From the sequence record NZ_CP031419.1: 64,000 bases of DNA; one strand, given 5' to 3'. Shown here piece after piece: positions 9,411-19,150 of the stretch. Each line of letters starts with the position of its first letter. The stretch's first letter is position 1. The notes under the pieces were generated by a model. It saw only the letters and a program-made list of their open reading frames with translations. It made no database searches and was not told the DNA's origin. The translations under genes were made by a program, and so were the position numbers. This DNA comes from a plasmid.

Positions 9411-10807
9411 TCAGTCGGTCTGCGCCGTCGTGTTATCCAGGCCAGCGGGCAGCGCGCGTTCGAAGAACCCGTCGTAGACCTCAGCCGGGAGCGTGCCCGA
9501 CACGCGAAGGCATTCGCGGAGCGTGCGTGCGATAGTGCCCCGGCTGAGTTGCAACTCGGGCGAGCGGTCGGCTTCGCCGACGACCTCACCGACCAAGCTT
9601 CGTGCGCGCGCCGGGTTGTGCGCGATGAGCCAGTCCAGGTTCCTGGCGACAGGGCCCGCGATCATGATCCAGTCGCTGGAGGGGCGTAGCCGCTCTCCCC
9701 GCCGCAACTGGTCGCGCAGCGCGTAGAACAGGGTGTCGCGCTGGTTGTCCATGCCCGCGATCCGGTCGAGGTCGTTGACCACGAAGAGCGCGAGATCTCG
9801 GGCGACCGCGGTGACTTGCTCCTTGTTGCGCTGTCCGATGACCCACCAACGCCGTCGTTTCGGGACGCCCCAGAAGTAGTGGGTGTACTCCTCCGTGAGC
9901 CGGTCGAACAGCGCGGCGATTCCGCGTGGCATCGGATTGTCGGGGCTGGTGGCGAGTACCTCCCCGATCCCGGCGGCTGACCGCTCACGGGCTTCGACCC
10001 AGTCGGCGGCGACAGGCCGGGACCACAATGCCCTGCCCCCGAGGACCAATTGAGGGTCGGGCAACAGCCCCTCCCCGCGAGCGCGATATCCGCGCACAGT
10101 GCCCGGCGCCAGTCCCGCCATGGCCGCGAGTTGGGTGGCGTTGATGAGCTGGTCCGCGCGGCCAGTTCGGGGGCATGCAGACTGACCACGCAGTCTTCGA
10201 GAGGGCGGCCGTCGCTGGTCCGCAAGTGCTCCCAGAGCGCGAGATCGTCGAGCCAGTGCGGTGATCCCTCGCTGTCGAGTTGGACATCCTCGACTGAAAG
10301 CAGGCGGCCGCGTCCGGGATCGGCTGGGGCGGACGCCAATTGCTGTGCTGCTGTGACAGTTTCGGCGTTGGCGACTTGCCGAAGGGCGTAGCCGCCGGCG
10401 ACGGTGTCGACCACTTGCCGCGGGCGGTACCAAGATGTGCCGTCCCACCAGTAGCCCCCGGACCGGAACAGCAGCGGCGAGGGTCGGCCTGCGTCCCAGG
10501 CGGCCCAGAGTTCATGGAGGCCCGCAGCGTCCTCATCGCGCACCAGCAAGACGGTGCGCCCGTGGTCGGGATGGTAGTGGATCGACCATGCGAACTCGGG
10601 ACGGCGTGGATCGGTGGTGAACGCCCACCAACGCTGGCCGCCGGTGCTGTAATCGAAGCGGCCCCAGGTCTTTTCGTCACGTCCCCGGCCTACCCCCTCG
10701 ATGTCCTCCGGGTCGTCTACGGGTATGTGAAGGTCGTCTACGAACGGCAACGACGGAACTGGATGATCGGTGCTGAGCCCGTTCGCGAGCGGCACAACTC
10801 CCAACAT
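9411..10807 (-). pseudogene. hypothetical protein with apparent frameshift (frames 9662..10807 and 9411..10448 join near 10145-10155); C-terminal HTH-like segment
   Basis: N-terminal 215 aa of frame A and C-terminal ~245 aa of frame B both look protein-like while the remainder of each frame is low-complexity; junction '…LHAPELAAR|DQLINATQLAAMAGLAPGTVRGY'. Confidence 0.4.
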
Positions 10808-10827
10808 GCTGACCCTCTTTCCTGAGC

Positions 10828-10865
10828 GTTGTAATGGTGCAGCGTAGGCGCTGCACCATTACAAC
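10828..10865. promoter_or_regulatory. perfect 17-bp inverted repeat GTTGTAATGGTGCAGCG-TAGG-CGCTGCACCATTACAAC in divergent intergenic region
   Basis: read directly; lies between the divergent starts at 10807 and 10962, next to motif copy at 10907. Confidence 0.4.
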
Positions 10866-10906
10866 GCAACCACCGCGCTCGGAGCTGCGGACGCCGCCGG
10901 ATTCAG

Positions 10907-10924
10907 ATGTTTTCGATACACTCG
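10907..10924 (+). promoter_or_regulatory. TAGATACA-family motif variant (ATGTTTTcGATACACTCG) ~40 nt upstream of 10962 gene
   Basis: one mismatch to copy at 37071-37088. Confidence 0.4.
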
Positions 10925-10961
10925 AATAACTAGAACTTTCGACAGGAGGAGGTCTGAACCG

Positions 10962-11420
10962 ATGGAACTGGCGACGTATCCCCAGGTGCCGGGGCAGCTG
11001 GCCCTGTGGGAGCCCGAAGTCGAGCAGCCGCCCGCACGGCCGTCACATCCCCACCGGCCGGCCGGACTGCACACCTGCCCCAACCCGGAGTGCGGCTACC
11101 CCGCGAAGGGGGAAAGCGCACGCGGGCGCCTGCGAGAGGACGTGAAGGTCGTCTGGCTCGTACCCGACCCCGACCAGCCGGACACCCCAGCCGAGCGCCG
11201 CTACTGCAACCGCTGTCGCCCGCGGCCACCGCAGCAAATCGCCGATGTCGAGTGCGCGGCCTGCGACCATGGCGGGCCGCTCCTTGTCGGGGCACTCGCG
11301 ATCACGCTGCGCGCCAAGGGGAAAGTCCCCACCGCCGTCCTCACATGGTTGATGGACCAGGGGTGGCGCGAGCAGGAGGGCGGGGGGCTCCTCTGTCCCG
11401 ACCATCCCGCCCACCGATAA
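10962..11420 (+). CDS. Cys-rich hypothetical protein (putative zinc-binding)
   Basis: GGAGGAGG RBS; CPNPECGY…CNRCRP…CAACDHG…CPDHP cysteine clusters. Confidence 0.65.
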   Translation: MELATYPQVPGQLALWEPEVEQPPARPSHPHRPAGLHTCPNPECGYPAKGESARGRLREDVKVVWLVPDPDQPDTPAERRYCNRCRPRPPQQIADVECAACDHGGPLLVGALAITLRAKGKVPTAVLTWLMDQGWREQEGGGLLCPDHPAHR

Positions 11421-11625
11421 ACATCTAGTTATACAGCTATTGCGACTTGAGCATTGATTCTGGCCAGCGCCGAATGCCCCACCGAGCGTGGCGCACGGCT
11501 CGCGGCCCAGATACAGCCGTGCCCCGGGCGGCATGCTCAGCAGAGGCGGACCCGGGGCGTACGGGAACACGGTAGGCGGCCCGAGAACTTCCGGTCAACC
11601 TAATTTTCTAGCTGCGGCCCCGCAA

Positions 11626-11647
11626 TTCAAAACGGCCGTTTTGGAAT
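11626..11647. terminator. palindrome TTCAAAACGGCCGTTTTGGAA between convergent genes (possible bidirectional terminator)
   Basis: perfect 8-bp stem CAAAACGG/CCGTTTTG; related palindromes at 4548-4566 and 21008-21025. Confidence 0.35.
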
Positions 11648-11689
11648 GCCGGGCGACCCGCTGGCCCGCGGCCGGGCGGGACCCCGGGG

Positions 11690-12193
11690 CTATTCGGCGG
11701 ACTGACGCAGGTGCGGGCGGGTCAGGCCCTTCCCGCGCCGCTCATTGAGTATCTCGACGACTCCGCGTGTGCGGTACACGGTGCGGGCCCCGCGGTCCTC
11801 GTGCTCGACCTTCTCGTCGAAGGTCTCGCGATATTGGGTCACGGTCTTGCCGTCGACGCCGAGCAGGCGGGCGATGGCGCCGAGGGTACGGAACTCGTCG
11901 GGCCCGTCGGGCATGAGGAAGGGAGCCGGCCGGTTGGCGGCTTCCCAGCGCTCGGCGAAGGCGTCGAGTTCGTCGGAGTCGTACTCCGGGGCGGGGGTGC
12001 CTTTGCCGGTGCGCGGGCGGGGTTGCTTCGGGGCCGGGAAGTCGTCGCGACCGGTCCAGTTGTTGCGGATCGAGCCATAGCTGCGGCCGCGCTGTTCGGC
12101 CCATTCCTTCAACGTGATCAGGGTTCCCACGCCCTCATTGTGGTCGGAGGCAGCTCCGGCGTGGTGGTCGGCTGTCGGCGCGGTGGGGATCAT
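11690..12193 (-). CDS. hypothetical protein, HTH-like segment
   Basis: 167-aa ORF; 'FRTLGAIARLLGVDGKTVTQYR' HTH-like; leader box copy G 90 nt upstream. Confidence 0.55.
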   Translation of the reverse strand: MIPTAPTADHHAGAASDHNEGVGTLITLKEWAEQRGRSYGSIRNNWTGRDDFPAPKQPRPRTGKGTPAPEYDSDELDAFAERWEAANRPAPFLMPDGPDEFRTLGAIARLLGVDGKTVTQYRETFDEKVEHEDRGARTVYRTRGVVEILNERRGKGLTRPHLRQSAE

Positions 12194-12289
12194 CGTCGCT
12201 TCTTCTCTCTCGCGGTGGCGGGGTGTCGAAGTGTCGAATCAGGGCGATTCGCTTGCTAAGCTTGGCGATGCCCTTCTTTTGCGAGTGGG

Positions 12290-12330
12290 GCACTTTCGGG
12301 CGGCCTGGCGTGTCCGAGCTGCGGTCTTCG
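12290..12330 (-). promoter_or_regulatory. leader box copy G (TGCGAGTGGG + GTGTCCG loop region)
   Basis: shares CCCCACTCGCA box (coding orientation) with copies A-F. Confidence 0.4.
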
Positions 12331-12364
12331 CGACCGAGGCTTCGCCGGCCGCCCGAGCCATGTC

Positions 12365-13096
12365 CTAGGAGCCCTCCAGGAACGCCGTGAGCGCCGCTGC
12401 GGCGGCGATGCTGGGTTCGGGCTCCCCGGCGTGCGGCCAGTCCTCCACGTGCAAGCTCAGGTCATCCCAGAGCTTTCGGGCTTCGGCGATCAGCACGGCC
12501 CGGTCGATACCGGTGCGGCCGTTCACCCACTCGGCCAAGTTCGGGCAATAGTGCTCCCCGGCCCAACCCTCGGCGATGGCCCTGGCCTCGTACGCGGTGA
12601 TCACGGTGTCGAAGCTGCCGTCGGTGTAGATGCGCTGGGCGACCGCTTCGTAGACGCTGGGCACCGTTTCAGTGGTTTGCCAGACACGCACCTCGGTGGT
12701 GAAGGTCAGCACGTCACCGGGCATCTCCTCGTCGCGACGGTCGAGCCAGAACGGTGCCACCTCGGCTCTGGGGACACTGGTCAGGCTTTCGCGGTCGATG
12801 CACTTGTTGCCGTACATGCCGGAGGTGCCGGTGTAGTCGATGCTCCCATCGGGATCGAGAATGAAGCCGTAATCGGGGTCGTCCCCGCAGGCGAACAACT
12901 CGCCGCTGTAGGCAGTGACCCACAAACGGGAGCGGTACCCGCCGGGGTGAACGAGGATATCGCCGGTCCAGGGGCTGGTGGGCCCGGCCGCACGGGCCAC
13001 GACGCCGCGGCGAGCGCGGGCCTCATCGGCGGTGGTCCAGCGGGAGCGGTCGAACATCGTGAATGGCATCGGAGGAAGTCCTTCCGGAGAAGTCAT
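12365..13096 (-). CDS. hypothetical protein downstream of the Dcm methyltransferase
   Basis: C-terminal ~240 aa of track ORF 12365..14440 is protein-like; starts at 13096 or 13069 (in-frame ATGs); N-terminal remainder of the track ORF is antisense artefact. Confidence 0.5.
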   Translation of the reverse strand: MTSPEGLPPMPFTMFDRSRWTTADEARARRGVVARAAGPTSPWTGDILVHPGGYRSRLWVTAYSGELFACGDDPDYGFILDPDGSIDYTGTSGMYGNKCIDRESLTSVPRAEVAPFWLDRRDEEMPGDVLTFTTEVRVWQTTETVPSVYEAVAQRIYTDGSFDTVITAYEARAIAEGWAGEHYCPNLAEWVNGRTGIDRAVLIAEARKLWDDLSLHVEDWPHAGEPEPSIAAAAALTAFLEGS

Positions 13097-13194
13097 GGGG
13101 GCCAGGGGTTTCAATCGCGGATGGGGTTGCGGGAGTGGACGAGAAAGGAAGGGCCAGGGAGGGGGCCCGGTGTGCGGGCCCCCTCCCTGGTGGA

Positions 13195-14874
13195 TCACGC
13201 CGCCGGGGTGTAGCGGTCGAGCTCTTCGCCGGTGATGGCCTCCACCAGCGCAGAGATCAAAATCTCGGCAGCGGGCGGGGTGACGGCGTTGCCGAGCTGG
13301 CGCACCCGTTGGCGCTTGTTGCCGAGCACGATGTAGTCCTTGCGGAACGCCATCGCGTCCTGGATCTCGTGCGGCTCCAACATGCGGAACCGAGTGTTCT
13401 CGATGTCGCGCTCGGTGATCATGTCGACCAGAGCGAACCGGTCGCGGGTGCTGACCGTGCCCAGCGGTTCGGTGGCGGGCCGGGCGGTGCCGGTGCTGTA
13501 GTAGGGCAGCAGCAGCGTGTTCCACAGCTCGGGCGACATCCCGGCGGGCGGCGTGACCAGGCCGTGGTGATTGCCGCTGGCGGTGACGGTGGCCAGGGCC
13601 TCGGTCACCGGACGCGCGTCCGAGGAACCGCCGCGCAGCTCGGCGACGAAGGGGAGGAACGCCACCGCCGTCTCGTTGCGGGTGGTCTGGGTGCGCAGCG
13701 GCATCGAGGCCAGCTGGGCTTCCTTGCCGTCGCGACCCTCCATCGGAATCATCAGCGGCGGCGGCACGACCAGGCCGTGGTTGGAGCCGTCGGCAACGAC
13801 CGTGGCGAGGGGTTCGTTCAGCCCGATCGTGCGGGGGCGGTCCGAGCGCAGCAGCGCCAGGAACGGCTGCGGGATCGCGAGCCCGTCGTTCTCCCGGGTG
13901 GTGCGGGCGGCCATGGGCCCTGTGACCTGGGTGGCGTCGTCGCGCCAGGTTCCCCCGGCGGGGACCATCATCGGCATCATCGAGGCGTAGCGGCGCATCC
14001 CGACGCGAATGCGTTCCATGGTCTTGGGAGCCAGAGGCTTGTCCCGGTCGCCGATGCGGGTGCCCGGCAGGGTCCAGTCGATCGCGGCGGCCGCCGGGAG
14101 CGCGGGCGGCTCCACGATCGAGTTGCGGCAGCTGACGCGAGGGCAGCGGTACACGTACTGGGTGCGGTAGCGCCCCATGTCGGCATTGGGCTTCTTGAAG
14201 ACCTGGAGGGCGCTCACCCACTCGTCGCAGGCCAGGCAGTACGACAACGGGCGGAGCCACTTGTTCCAGTCGGGCTCGCGGCCGAGCTTGAGATCCCAGT
14301 AGGCGACGTAGAGCCGGTCCCGGGACTGCGGGGCCGCCGGAGTGCGAACCGGCTGGGCATGGCTGGAGTTGAGGGCGATGACCTTGACCCCGTAGCCCAG
14401 GGCCCGGATCTCGCCGATCCAGCGGTTCCACTGGTCCCACTGACGGACCTCGACCACGTTCTCCACGACCCCGGCGCGGACCCGGCCACCGCGCTCGATC
14501 ACGCCGCGCAGGTACATCGGGACCTCTTCCATCAGCGCCCTGCTGCGGTCGGCTTCCTCATCGCGCTGAAGGTCGAGGAGGTCACCTTGGAGGGTGTTGT
14601 CGTAGTCGCGCTTCTTGCCGCGCGCCGAGGACCACTGCGGGCACTCCGGCGAGGCCCAGAAGATATCGGCCACAGGCCATTTCACGATCTGTTCTTTGGC
14701 CTCTTCGGTGCTCAGGTCTCCGAGGAAGTGATCGGCCTCGGGGTAGTTGGTGGCATGGGTCTCGATGGCCTTCGACCAGTGGTTCGCCGCGCGGGTGACG
14801 CGCACACCGGGCACCTTCGATGCGCCCTGAGTGGAGCCGCCAGCGCCGCAGAACCAATCCATCAATTCGAGCAT
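13195..14874 (-). CDS. DNA (cytosine-5)-methyltransferase with enlarged, internally repeated target-recognition region (multispecific-type)
   Basis: motif I 'FCGAGG', PC-like 'SPECPQWS', ENV 'VVENVVEV', motif IX/X 'RMLEPHEIQDAMAFRKDY…QLGNAV'; three repeats 'EPLATVVADGSNHGLVVPP / EALATVTASGNHHGLVTPP / EPLGTVSTRDRFALV'. Confidence 0.85.
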   Translation of the reverse strand: MLELMDWFCGAGGSTQGASKVPGVRVTRAANHWSKAIETHATNYPEADHFLGDLSTEEAKEQIVKWPVADIFWASPECPQWSSARGKKRDYDNTLQGDLLDLQRDEEADRSRALMEEVPMYLRGVIERGGRVRAGVVENVVEVRQWDQWNRWIGEIRALGYGVKVIALNSSHAQPVRTPAAPQSRDRLYVAYWDLKLGREPDWNKWLRPLSYCLACDEWVSALQVFKKPNADMGRYRTQYVYRCPRVSCRNSIVEPPALPAAAAIDWTLPGTRIGDRDKPLAPKTMERIRVGMRRYASMMPMMVPAGGTWRDDATQVTGPMAARTTRENDGLAIPQPFLALLRSDRPRTIGLNEPLATVVADGSNHGLVVPPPLMIPMEGRDGKEAQLASMPLRTQTTRNETAVAFLPFVAELRGGSSDARPVTEALATVTASGNHHGLVTPPAGMSPELWNTLLLPYYSTGTARPATEPLGTVSTRDRFALVDMITERDIENTRFRMLEPHEIQDAMAFRKDYIVLGNKRQRVRQLGNAVTPPAAEILISALVEAITGEELDRYTPAA

Positions 14875-14895
14875 GGGAATCGTCCCTTCGTGATT

Positions 14896-14978
14896 TGCGA
14901 GTGGGTCGAAGAAGGCGGGGTGTCCGGTCCCGCTTCCTTCTATGTCATATATTACCCGTTAAAGTTGATCGAGGTCAA
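14896..14978 (-). promoter_or_regulatory. promoter-leader cassette A: -35 TTGACC, 18 nt, -10 TAATAT, stem-loop (loop GTGTCCGGT), box CCCACTCGCA, RBS, start of Dcm gene
   Basis: read on minus strand; near-identical cassettes at 21807-21888 and 26524-26606. Confidence 0.6.
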
Positions 14979-15082
14979 GAACTTTCTTGACGTGTCTTTT
15001 ATCGAAATTATCTGTGCGGCAACAGCTTTCGATTCTCCTGCCGACCTGGGGATCGGGGCCGCAAACGCTACCGATACAATGG

Positions 15083-15097
15083 ATGTTTTAGATACAC
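15083..15097 (+). promoter_or_regulatory. TTTAGATACA motif copy 2 (ATGTTTTAGATACAC)
   Basis: identical 16-mer GGATGTTTTAGATACA also at 38979-38994; upstream of 15311 gene. Confidence 0.5.
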
Positions 15098-15310
15098 TGG
15101 AAGTGTTCGAAAAGTGCCCGCTCCCCGCGTTCGCCCACGTCAACGGAGCCGGAAGGGCTCGACAACGGCGTCGGGCCCAGCGGCGAACCCGCGAGCAGAC
15201 ACCGATCACACGAGAACCGCTGAGCGCTCGCGCGTCTCGGACCGGCCGCATACGTCGGAACGAGGTGGAAGACTTGCGGGCGAACGAGGCGTGGCCGACG
15301 CAACCGAACG

Positions 15311-16255
15311 ATGGAGCAGCCGATGACCGATGCCAGATCCGACCCCGCCGCACCCGAGGCGAGCCTCGGGGACCTCCAGGCCGAGGCGATCACCCTGCTC
15401 ACCCGCGTCTCGAGGATGCAGCGCTCCCGTCCGGCGGCGAACGGCGCTGCGGCCGCCCGCGCGACCGATCCGATCGACTTCGCCGAATTCGTCACCCAGG
15501 TGATGGCCGGAGTGGCCGCCAACCGGGGCGGCGTCGCCGTGCTGGCCGGTCGGCCCGGCAGCTGGGAGGCCGACAAACTGCGCGACATGCTCTACAGCAC
15601 CGTCGGCGAGGACGAATGGGCGCTGGCCGAGCACCGCACCGAACCCGTGGTGATCCCGCTCGCGATCGAGGAAGTCCTGATCGACGCCGGGGAGCCCGAG
15701 GAATACGAACCCGAGGACCGCGCCCAGGAGATCGTCCGGCGCGCCCAGACCGCCGGCCTCAGCGTGGACGAATGGCTGACCCGCTGGAACGGCCGCGAAC
15801 CGGTCTTCACCCGATGGCGGCCGTTGATGAAGCCCGAGGACCACTACGACGAGCAGGTCAACGCGGTCGAGAACCGCCACGACGATGCCTACACCGCCCT
15901 CGAGGCCCGCTACCCCGAGGACACCGACTACAGCGTCTACGCCGCCGAGGCCGAGCAGCTCGACGCGCAGCGTGACGCCGAACTCGCCGCGCTGCGGGAG
16001 CGGTGGCGTCGGCGCTACCAGCGCTACGCCACCGCATTCGAGGCGGCCGTGCGGGCCAAGGCCGACGAGCTCGGGGTGCGGGTACCGCTCGAAGTCCAGG
16101 TCGAGACGGACCCGGACCGAACCTGGGACGCCCGCCAGAACATCGCTCCCGGCTGGGCCGACGCCGACCGGCTCGCCGTCCGCCTGTACGAGCACGCCCG
16201 CGAAGTCACCCCCACCGCCCTTCTGACCACCGACGAGCCCGACACCGAAGGCTGA
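15311..16255 (+). CDS. hypothetical acidic protein
   Basis: 314-aa ORF, protein-like composition; start may be second ATG at 15323. Confidence 0.55.
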   Translation: MEQPMTDARSDPAAPEASLGDLQAEAITLLTRVSRMQRSRPAANGAAAARATDPIDFAEFVTQVMAGVAANRGGVAVLAGRPGSWEADKLRDMLYSTVGEDEWALAEHRTEPVVIPLAIEEVLIDAGEPEEYEPEDRAQEIVRRAQTAGLSVDEWLTRWNGREPVFTRWRPLMKPEDHYDEQVNAVENRHDDAYTALEARYPEDTDYSVYAAEAEQLDAQRDAELAALRERWRRRYQRYATAFEAAVRAKADELGVRVPLEVQVETDPDRTWDARQNIAPGWADADRLAVRLYEHAREVTPTALLTTDEPDTEG

Positions 16256-16261
16256 GGCCCC

Positions 16262-16579
16262 ATGACCGCCGAGAGCGCCCCCAAAACCCCACCGGCACAG
16301 CGGGTTCTGACCGTCGGGCAGATCCGCGAAGCCCTTGCACAGTTCCCCGACGATCTCCCGCTGATGGTGTGCGTTCCCGTCGACGACGACACCTACGAAA
16401 GCTACGGAGTCACGATGGGCCCCTACCACCAGCGGGCTGACTGGGGCGACGGGCTCGGCCCGGTCGCTGACGAACGCTACGTCGCCATCGACGCCATGGC
16501 GTACTTCCTTGCTCTGCGAGAGGAGCTGGAGATCACCTCCGCCGACTCGGTCGCATCCGAGCAGGAGGCCGGACTGTGA
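16262..16579 (+). CDS. hypothetical protein
   Basis: 105-aa ORF 7 nt after previous stop. Confidence 0.45.
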   Translation: MTAESAPKTPPAQRVLTVGQIREALAQFPDDLPLMVCVPVDDDTYESYGVTMGPYHQRADWGDGLGPVADERYVAIDAMAYFLALREELEITSADSVASEQEAGL

Positions 16580-17019
16580 GCACACCCCGGAACCCGTCGA
16601 GTCGCGAAACCGCCACCACCGGAAGGGAACTCGTCAAGTACGAGCCCTACCTTGAGCTCGTCTCGCGGCTGTGGTTCGCGGCGGCCGTGAACCCGAACCG
16701 CCTCGCCGAGAAGATCGCGAGAACGACCCGCTTGAGCCGCAGCAGCTCGGTCATTTTCGTCGACGAACCGGTGACCTGGGAGACGCTGCCGCAGCGGCTC
16801 GCCGAGCGCCGACGCGACTACGCCGGGTACTTCGCGTCCCTGCCCCCGGTGGAGGCCGCCGCCTCTCGGCGGGGCTTGCTCCAGCGGCCCACGCCGGAGA
16901 TGGAGGCTACCGTCGCGGAGGCCGCCGCGCGGGTCTTCGCGCGGAGACAACAACCCGGCCCGGCTCAAAAATCCCAGCGCGCCAACGACACCCACGCATC
17001 CGAGGGGGAACACCGATGA
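16576..17019 (+). CDS. hypothetical protein
   Basis: GTGA/ATGA-type overlap with neighbours. Confidence 0.45.
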   Translation: MSTPRNPSSRETATTGRELVKYEPYLELVSRLWFAAAVNPNRLAEKIARTTRLSRSSSVIFVDEPVTWETLPQRLAERRRDYAGYFASLPPVEAAASRRGLLQRPTPEMEATVAEAAARVFARRQQPGPAQKSQRANDTHASEGEHR

Positions 17020-17267
17020 AGGATCTCACCGCGACCGACCGACGCTTGGGCGAGGCCCTGGCCCAGCGTGACGAGGCGGCCCTGTCCAAGGTGGCCGACG
17101 AATTCGCCGCCGCCGGGCTGCCCGCCATGGCGCAGCTGTTGCGCGACCGCGGGACCGCAGGCGCAGCAGGGTTGCTGTCGGGGTTGACCGGGTGGTCGGT
17201 TCCGTCGGCGCACGGAGTCCGCCATCACCGTCACGGTGACGTAACTCCCGAGGGTCGTAGGTCGTGA
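17016..17267 (+). CDS. hypothetical protein
   Basis: ATGA overlap with upstream gene; 83 aa. Confidence 0.35.
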   Translation: MKDLTATDRRLGEALAQRDEAALSKVADEFAAAGLPAMAQLLRDRGTAGAAGLLSGLTGWSVPSAHGVRHHRHGDVTPEGRRS

Positions 17268-17527
17268 CGGAGTCATGGCACTGTGAAGCGTACGGACCCG
17301 AAGGTGTCGAAGTCGGGGCCCGGTGTTTCGTCGCGGGCGAGCTGCACGAGCGGGTCTGCACCGATCCGGGCGTGTGTCACCGGACGATGGTGGCAGAACG
17401 CCAGAGGGTTTTCCGGCGGATGAACGAGTTGGCCGCCGGTGGGTCGCCGTGGGCGGCCGACTTGGCGCAGGAGTTCGCCAGCCCCGAGCGGATTCTCGGC
17501 GGCACGGACGAAGACCCCAGTTCCTGA
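17264..17527 (+). CDS. hypothetical Cys-containing small protein
   Basis: GTGA overlap; 87 aa. Confidence 0.35.
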   Translation: MTESWHCEAYGPEGVEVGARCFVAGELHERVCTDPGVCHRTMVAERQRVFRRMNELAAGGSPWAADLAQEFASPERILGGTDEDPSS

Positions 17528-17786
17528 TTCGGCCGTGGCCACGCGTGTGGGATGCCGCGTCTTTGGCATACTGGCTGCGGGCCGTGGCGGGCGGCCCTAC
17601 GGCCTGCTGATGCAGCGGGAGACCCCGTTGAAGAAGCGTATCGCTCCACCCGCCCACTAACATTGATGCCCTGCTGACGCTGATATGGAGCTGAACTGGG
17701 CAAATGCGGTTCTGGCTCCGGATAACTGCCATTATCCGGAGTGACACCAAAAAACACTACGGTGAGATACCCCCGCGCGGAGCACC

Positions 17787-17800
17787 TTTAGATACATTAG
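17787..17800 (+). promoter_or_regulatory. TTTAGATACATTAG motif copy 3
   Basis: ~100 nt upstream of 17897 start. Confidence 0.5.
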
Positions 17801-17896
17801 AATAAATGGGCATGGCGGGAGCGCGATACCCGCGTCCACCAGCGGCGAACGCCGCCGGAGGAGATGACCCAGAGCGACGGGGGAGAGGGGAAACCG

Positions 17897-18796
17897 ATGA
17901 CCAAGGCAAACGACCCGGCGGTAGCGGCGGACGCGGAAGGCTGGCGGCTCGATCCGGTGCGCCTGGACTGGGATACGGTCCTCCTCCGCGATCCCGCATA
18001 CCGTGATCCTGCCGAACTGCTGTTCGCGGGCAAAACGATGGGGATCGGCGGAATTGCCGCTCTGGTCGGCGTACCCGTCACCGCCTTCCTGGCCCTGCTG
18101 ACGGACTGGGCCTCGTGGTGGTGGTGCATTCTCGCCGCAGGCATCCTTATCGTATCCGGGCTGTCGACCGCAGCGATCGGAGCGGCCTTGGATCAGCGGC
18201 AGATGGAGAAGGCCACGCTGACCGGGGCAAGGCTGAAGGTATTGCCGCCGGCCCTCTGCCGTCCGCTGGCCCGCGCGATTCTTGCCATCGAGGACATCAA
18301 GTCCGGCCGGGCATTTCGCGAGAAGTATCTGGGCGAGCTGGAGCTGAGCGCAACGGCCTGGCAGATGGCGCAAACAGCGCTGCGCGGAGGAGAACTGGTG
18401 GCGGCGCGGACCGAGCTGCTCGACGCCGAAGAAGGAGTCATCTCGCCCGCCGACCGTGTTGCGGCCGAAGCCGCGCAGCGGACGGTCGACGAGCTGGTCG
18501 AGGGCCTGGAGCGTGACGCCGAAGCCCTGGCCACCGCAGCGGCATCGGCCCGGACGCTGTCAACGGCGCTGGAGGACACGGAGGCGCGCGCACTGGCGGA
18601 AACCGAGCGGGAACGAATCTCCCGCCAGCAGCTCGCGCGCCGACACCGGCTCGACGCGGCGCTCGCTGCGGTCCGCACCGCCGACGAGGCCAATTCCCCT
18701 GACACCGCAGATCTCGCGGTCGCCCGCGCCGCCGCCTACGCCGAAGTCATGCAGCTCGGTGGGACACCTACCCCCGGCCTGGTACAGCCGGACTGA
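17897..18796 (+). CDS. membrane protein (two predicted TM helices) with long coiled-coil-like tail
   Basis: hydrophobic segments 'GIGGIAALVGVPVTAFLALL' and 'WWWCILAAGILIVSGLSTAAIGAAL'; RBS GGGGAGAGGGG before ATG 17897 (track start 17864). Confidence 0.55.
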   Translation: MTKANDPAVAADAEGWRLDPVRLDWDTVLLRDPAYRDPAELLFAGKTMGIGGIAALVGVPVTAFLALLTDWASWWWCILAAGILIVSGLSTAAIGAALDQRQMEKATLTGARLKVLPPALCRPLARAILAIEDIKSGRAFREKYLGELELSATAWQMAQTALRGGELVAARTELLDAEEGVISPADRVAAEAAQRTVDELVEGLERDAEALATAAASARTLSTALEDTEARALAETERERISRQQLARRHRLDAALAAVRTADEANSPDTADLAVARAAAYAEVMQLGGTPTPGLVQPD

Positions 18797-18816
18797 CGCT
18801 CAGGAACCCCACCGGT

Positions 18817-19011
18817 TCAGGCCGCGGTAATCTCGAACAGGGTCAGCGCCGCGCTGTTAGCGTGTTGTTCGGCACGCTCCTTCACAGCACAGGTTGGGCC
18901 GATCCCCGCGCTCACCGAAGCCGCCGAAAGCAGCCAGCCGTGGCAGCGGCGGCAGTGCACGACGAGCCGCACCGTCGGCTGTTCCTGGTCATCGGTCTCG
19001 GTCGCGGCCAT
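18817..19011 (-). CDS. small zinc-ribbon protein (CxxC…C)
   Basis: GGAGGAGAG RBS 7 nt before ATG 19011; 'VHCRRCHGW…GIGPTCAV'. Confidence 0.45.
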   Translation of the reverse strand: MAATETDDQEQPTVRLVVHCRRCHGWLLSAASVSAGIGPTCAVKERAEQHANSAALTLFEITAA

Positions 19012-19150
19012 GTTCGATCTCTCCTCCGGCCGGGTGGGTCTCTCCCAGGGTGACACAAGTGACCGACAACTCCGGCACGGTAGGGACGGCAAGGTTTTGG
19101 GTCGTTCCGTCCCGCAGAGCATGGGGCAGCCGGGCCCGACTTAAGGGAGG

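Noticed and set aside
13063-15975. 970-aa plus-strand ORF
   Set aside because: Gly/Arg/Ala low-complexity translation antisense to the Dcm MTase and neighbours; typical high-GC artefact
15206-16585. 459-aa minus-strand ORF
   Set aside because: Antisense to protein-like plus-strand genes 15311..16579; low-complexity composition
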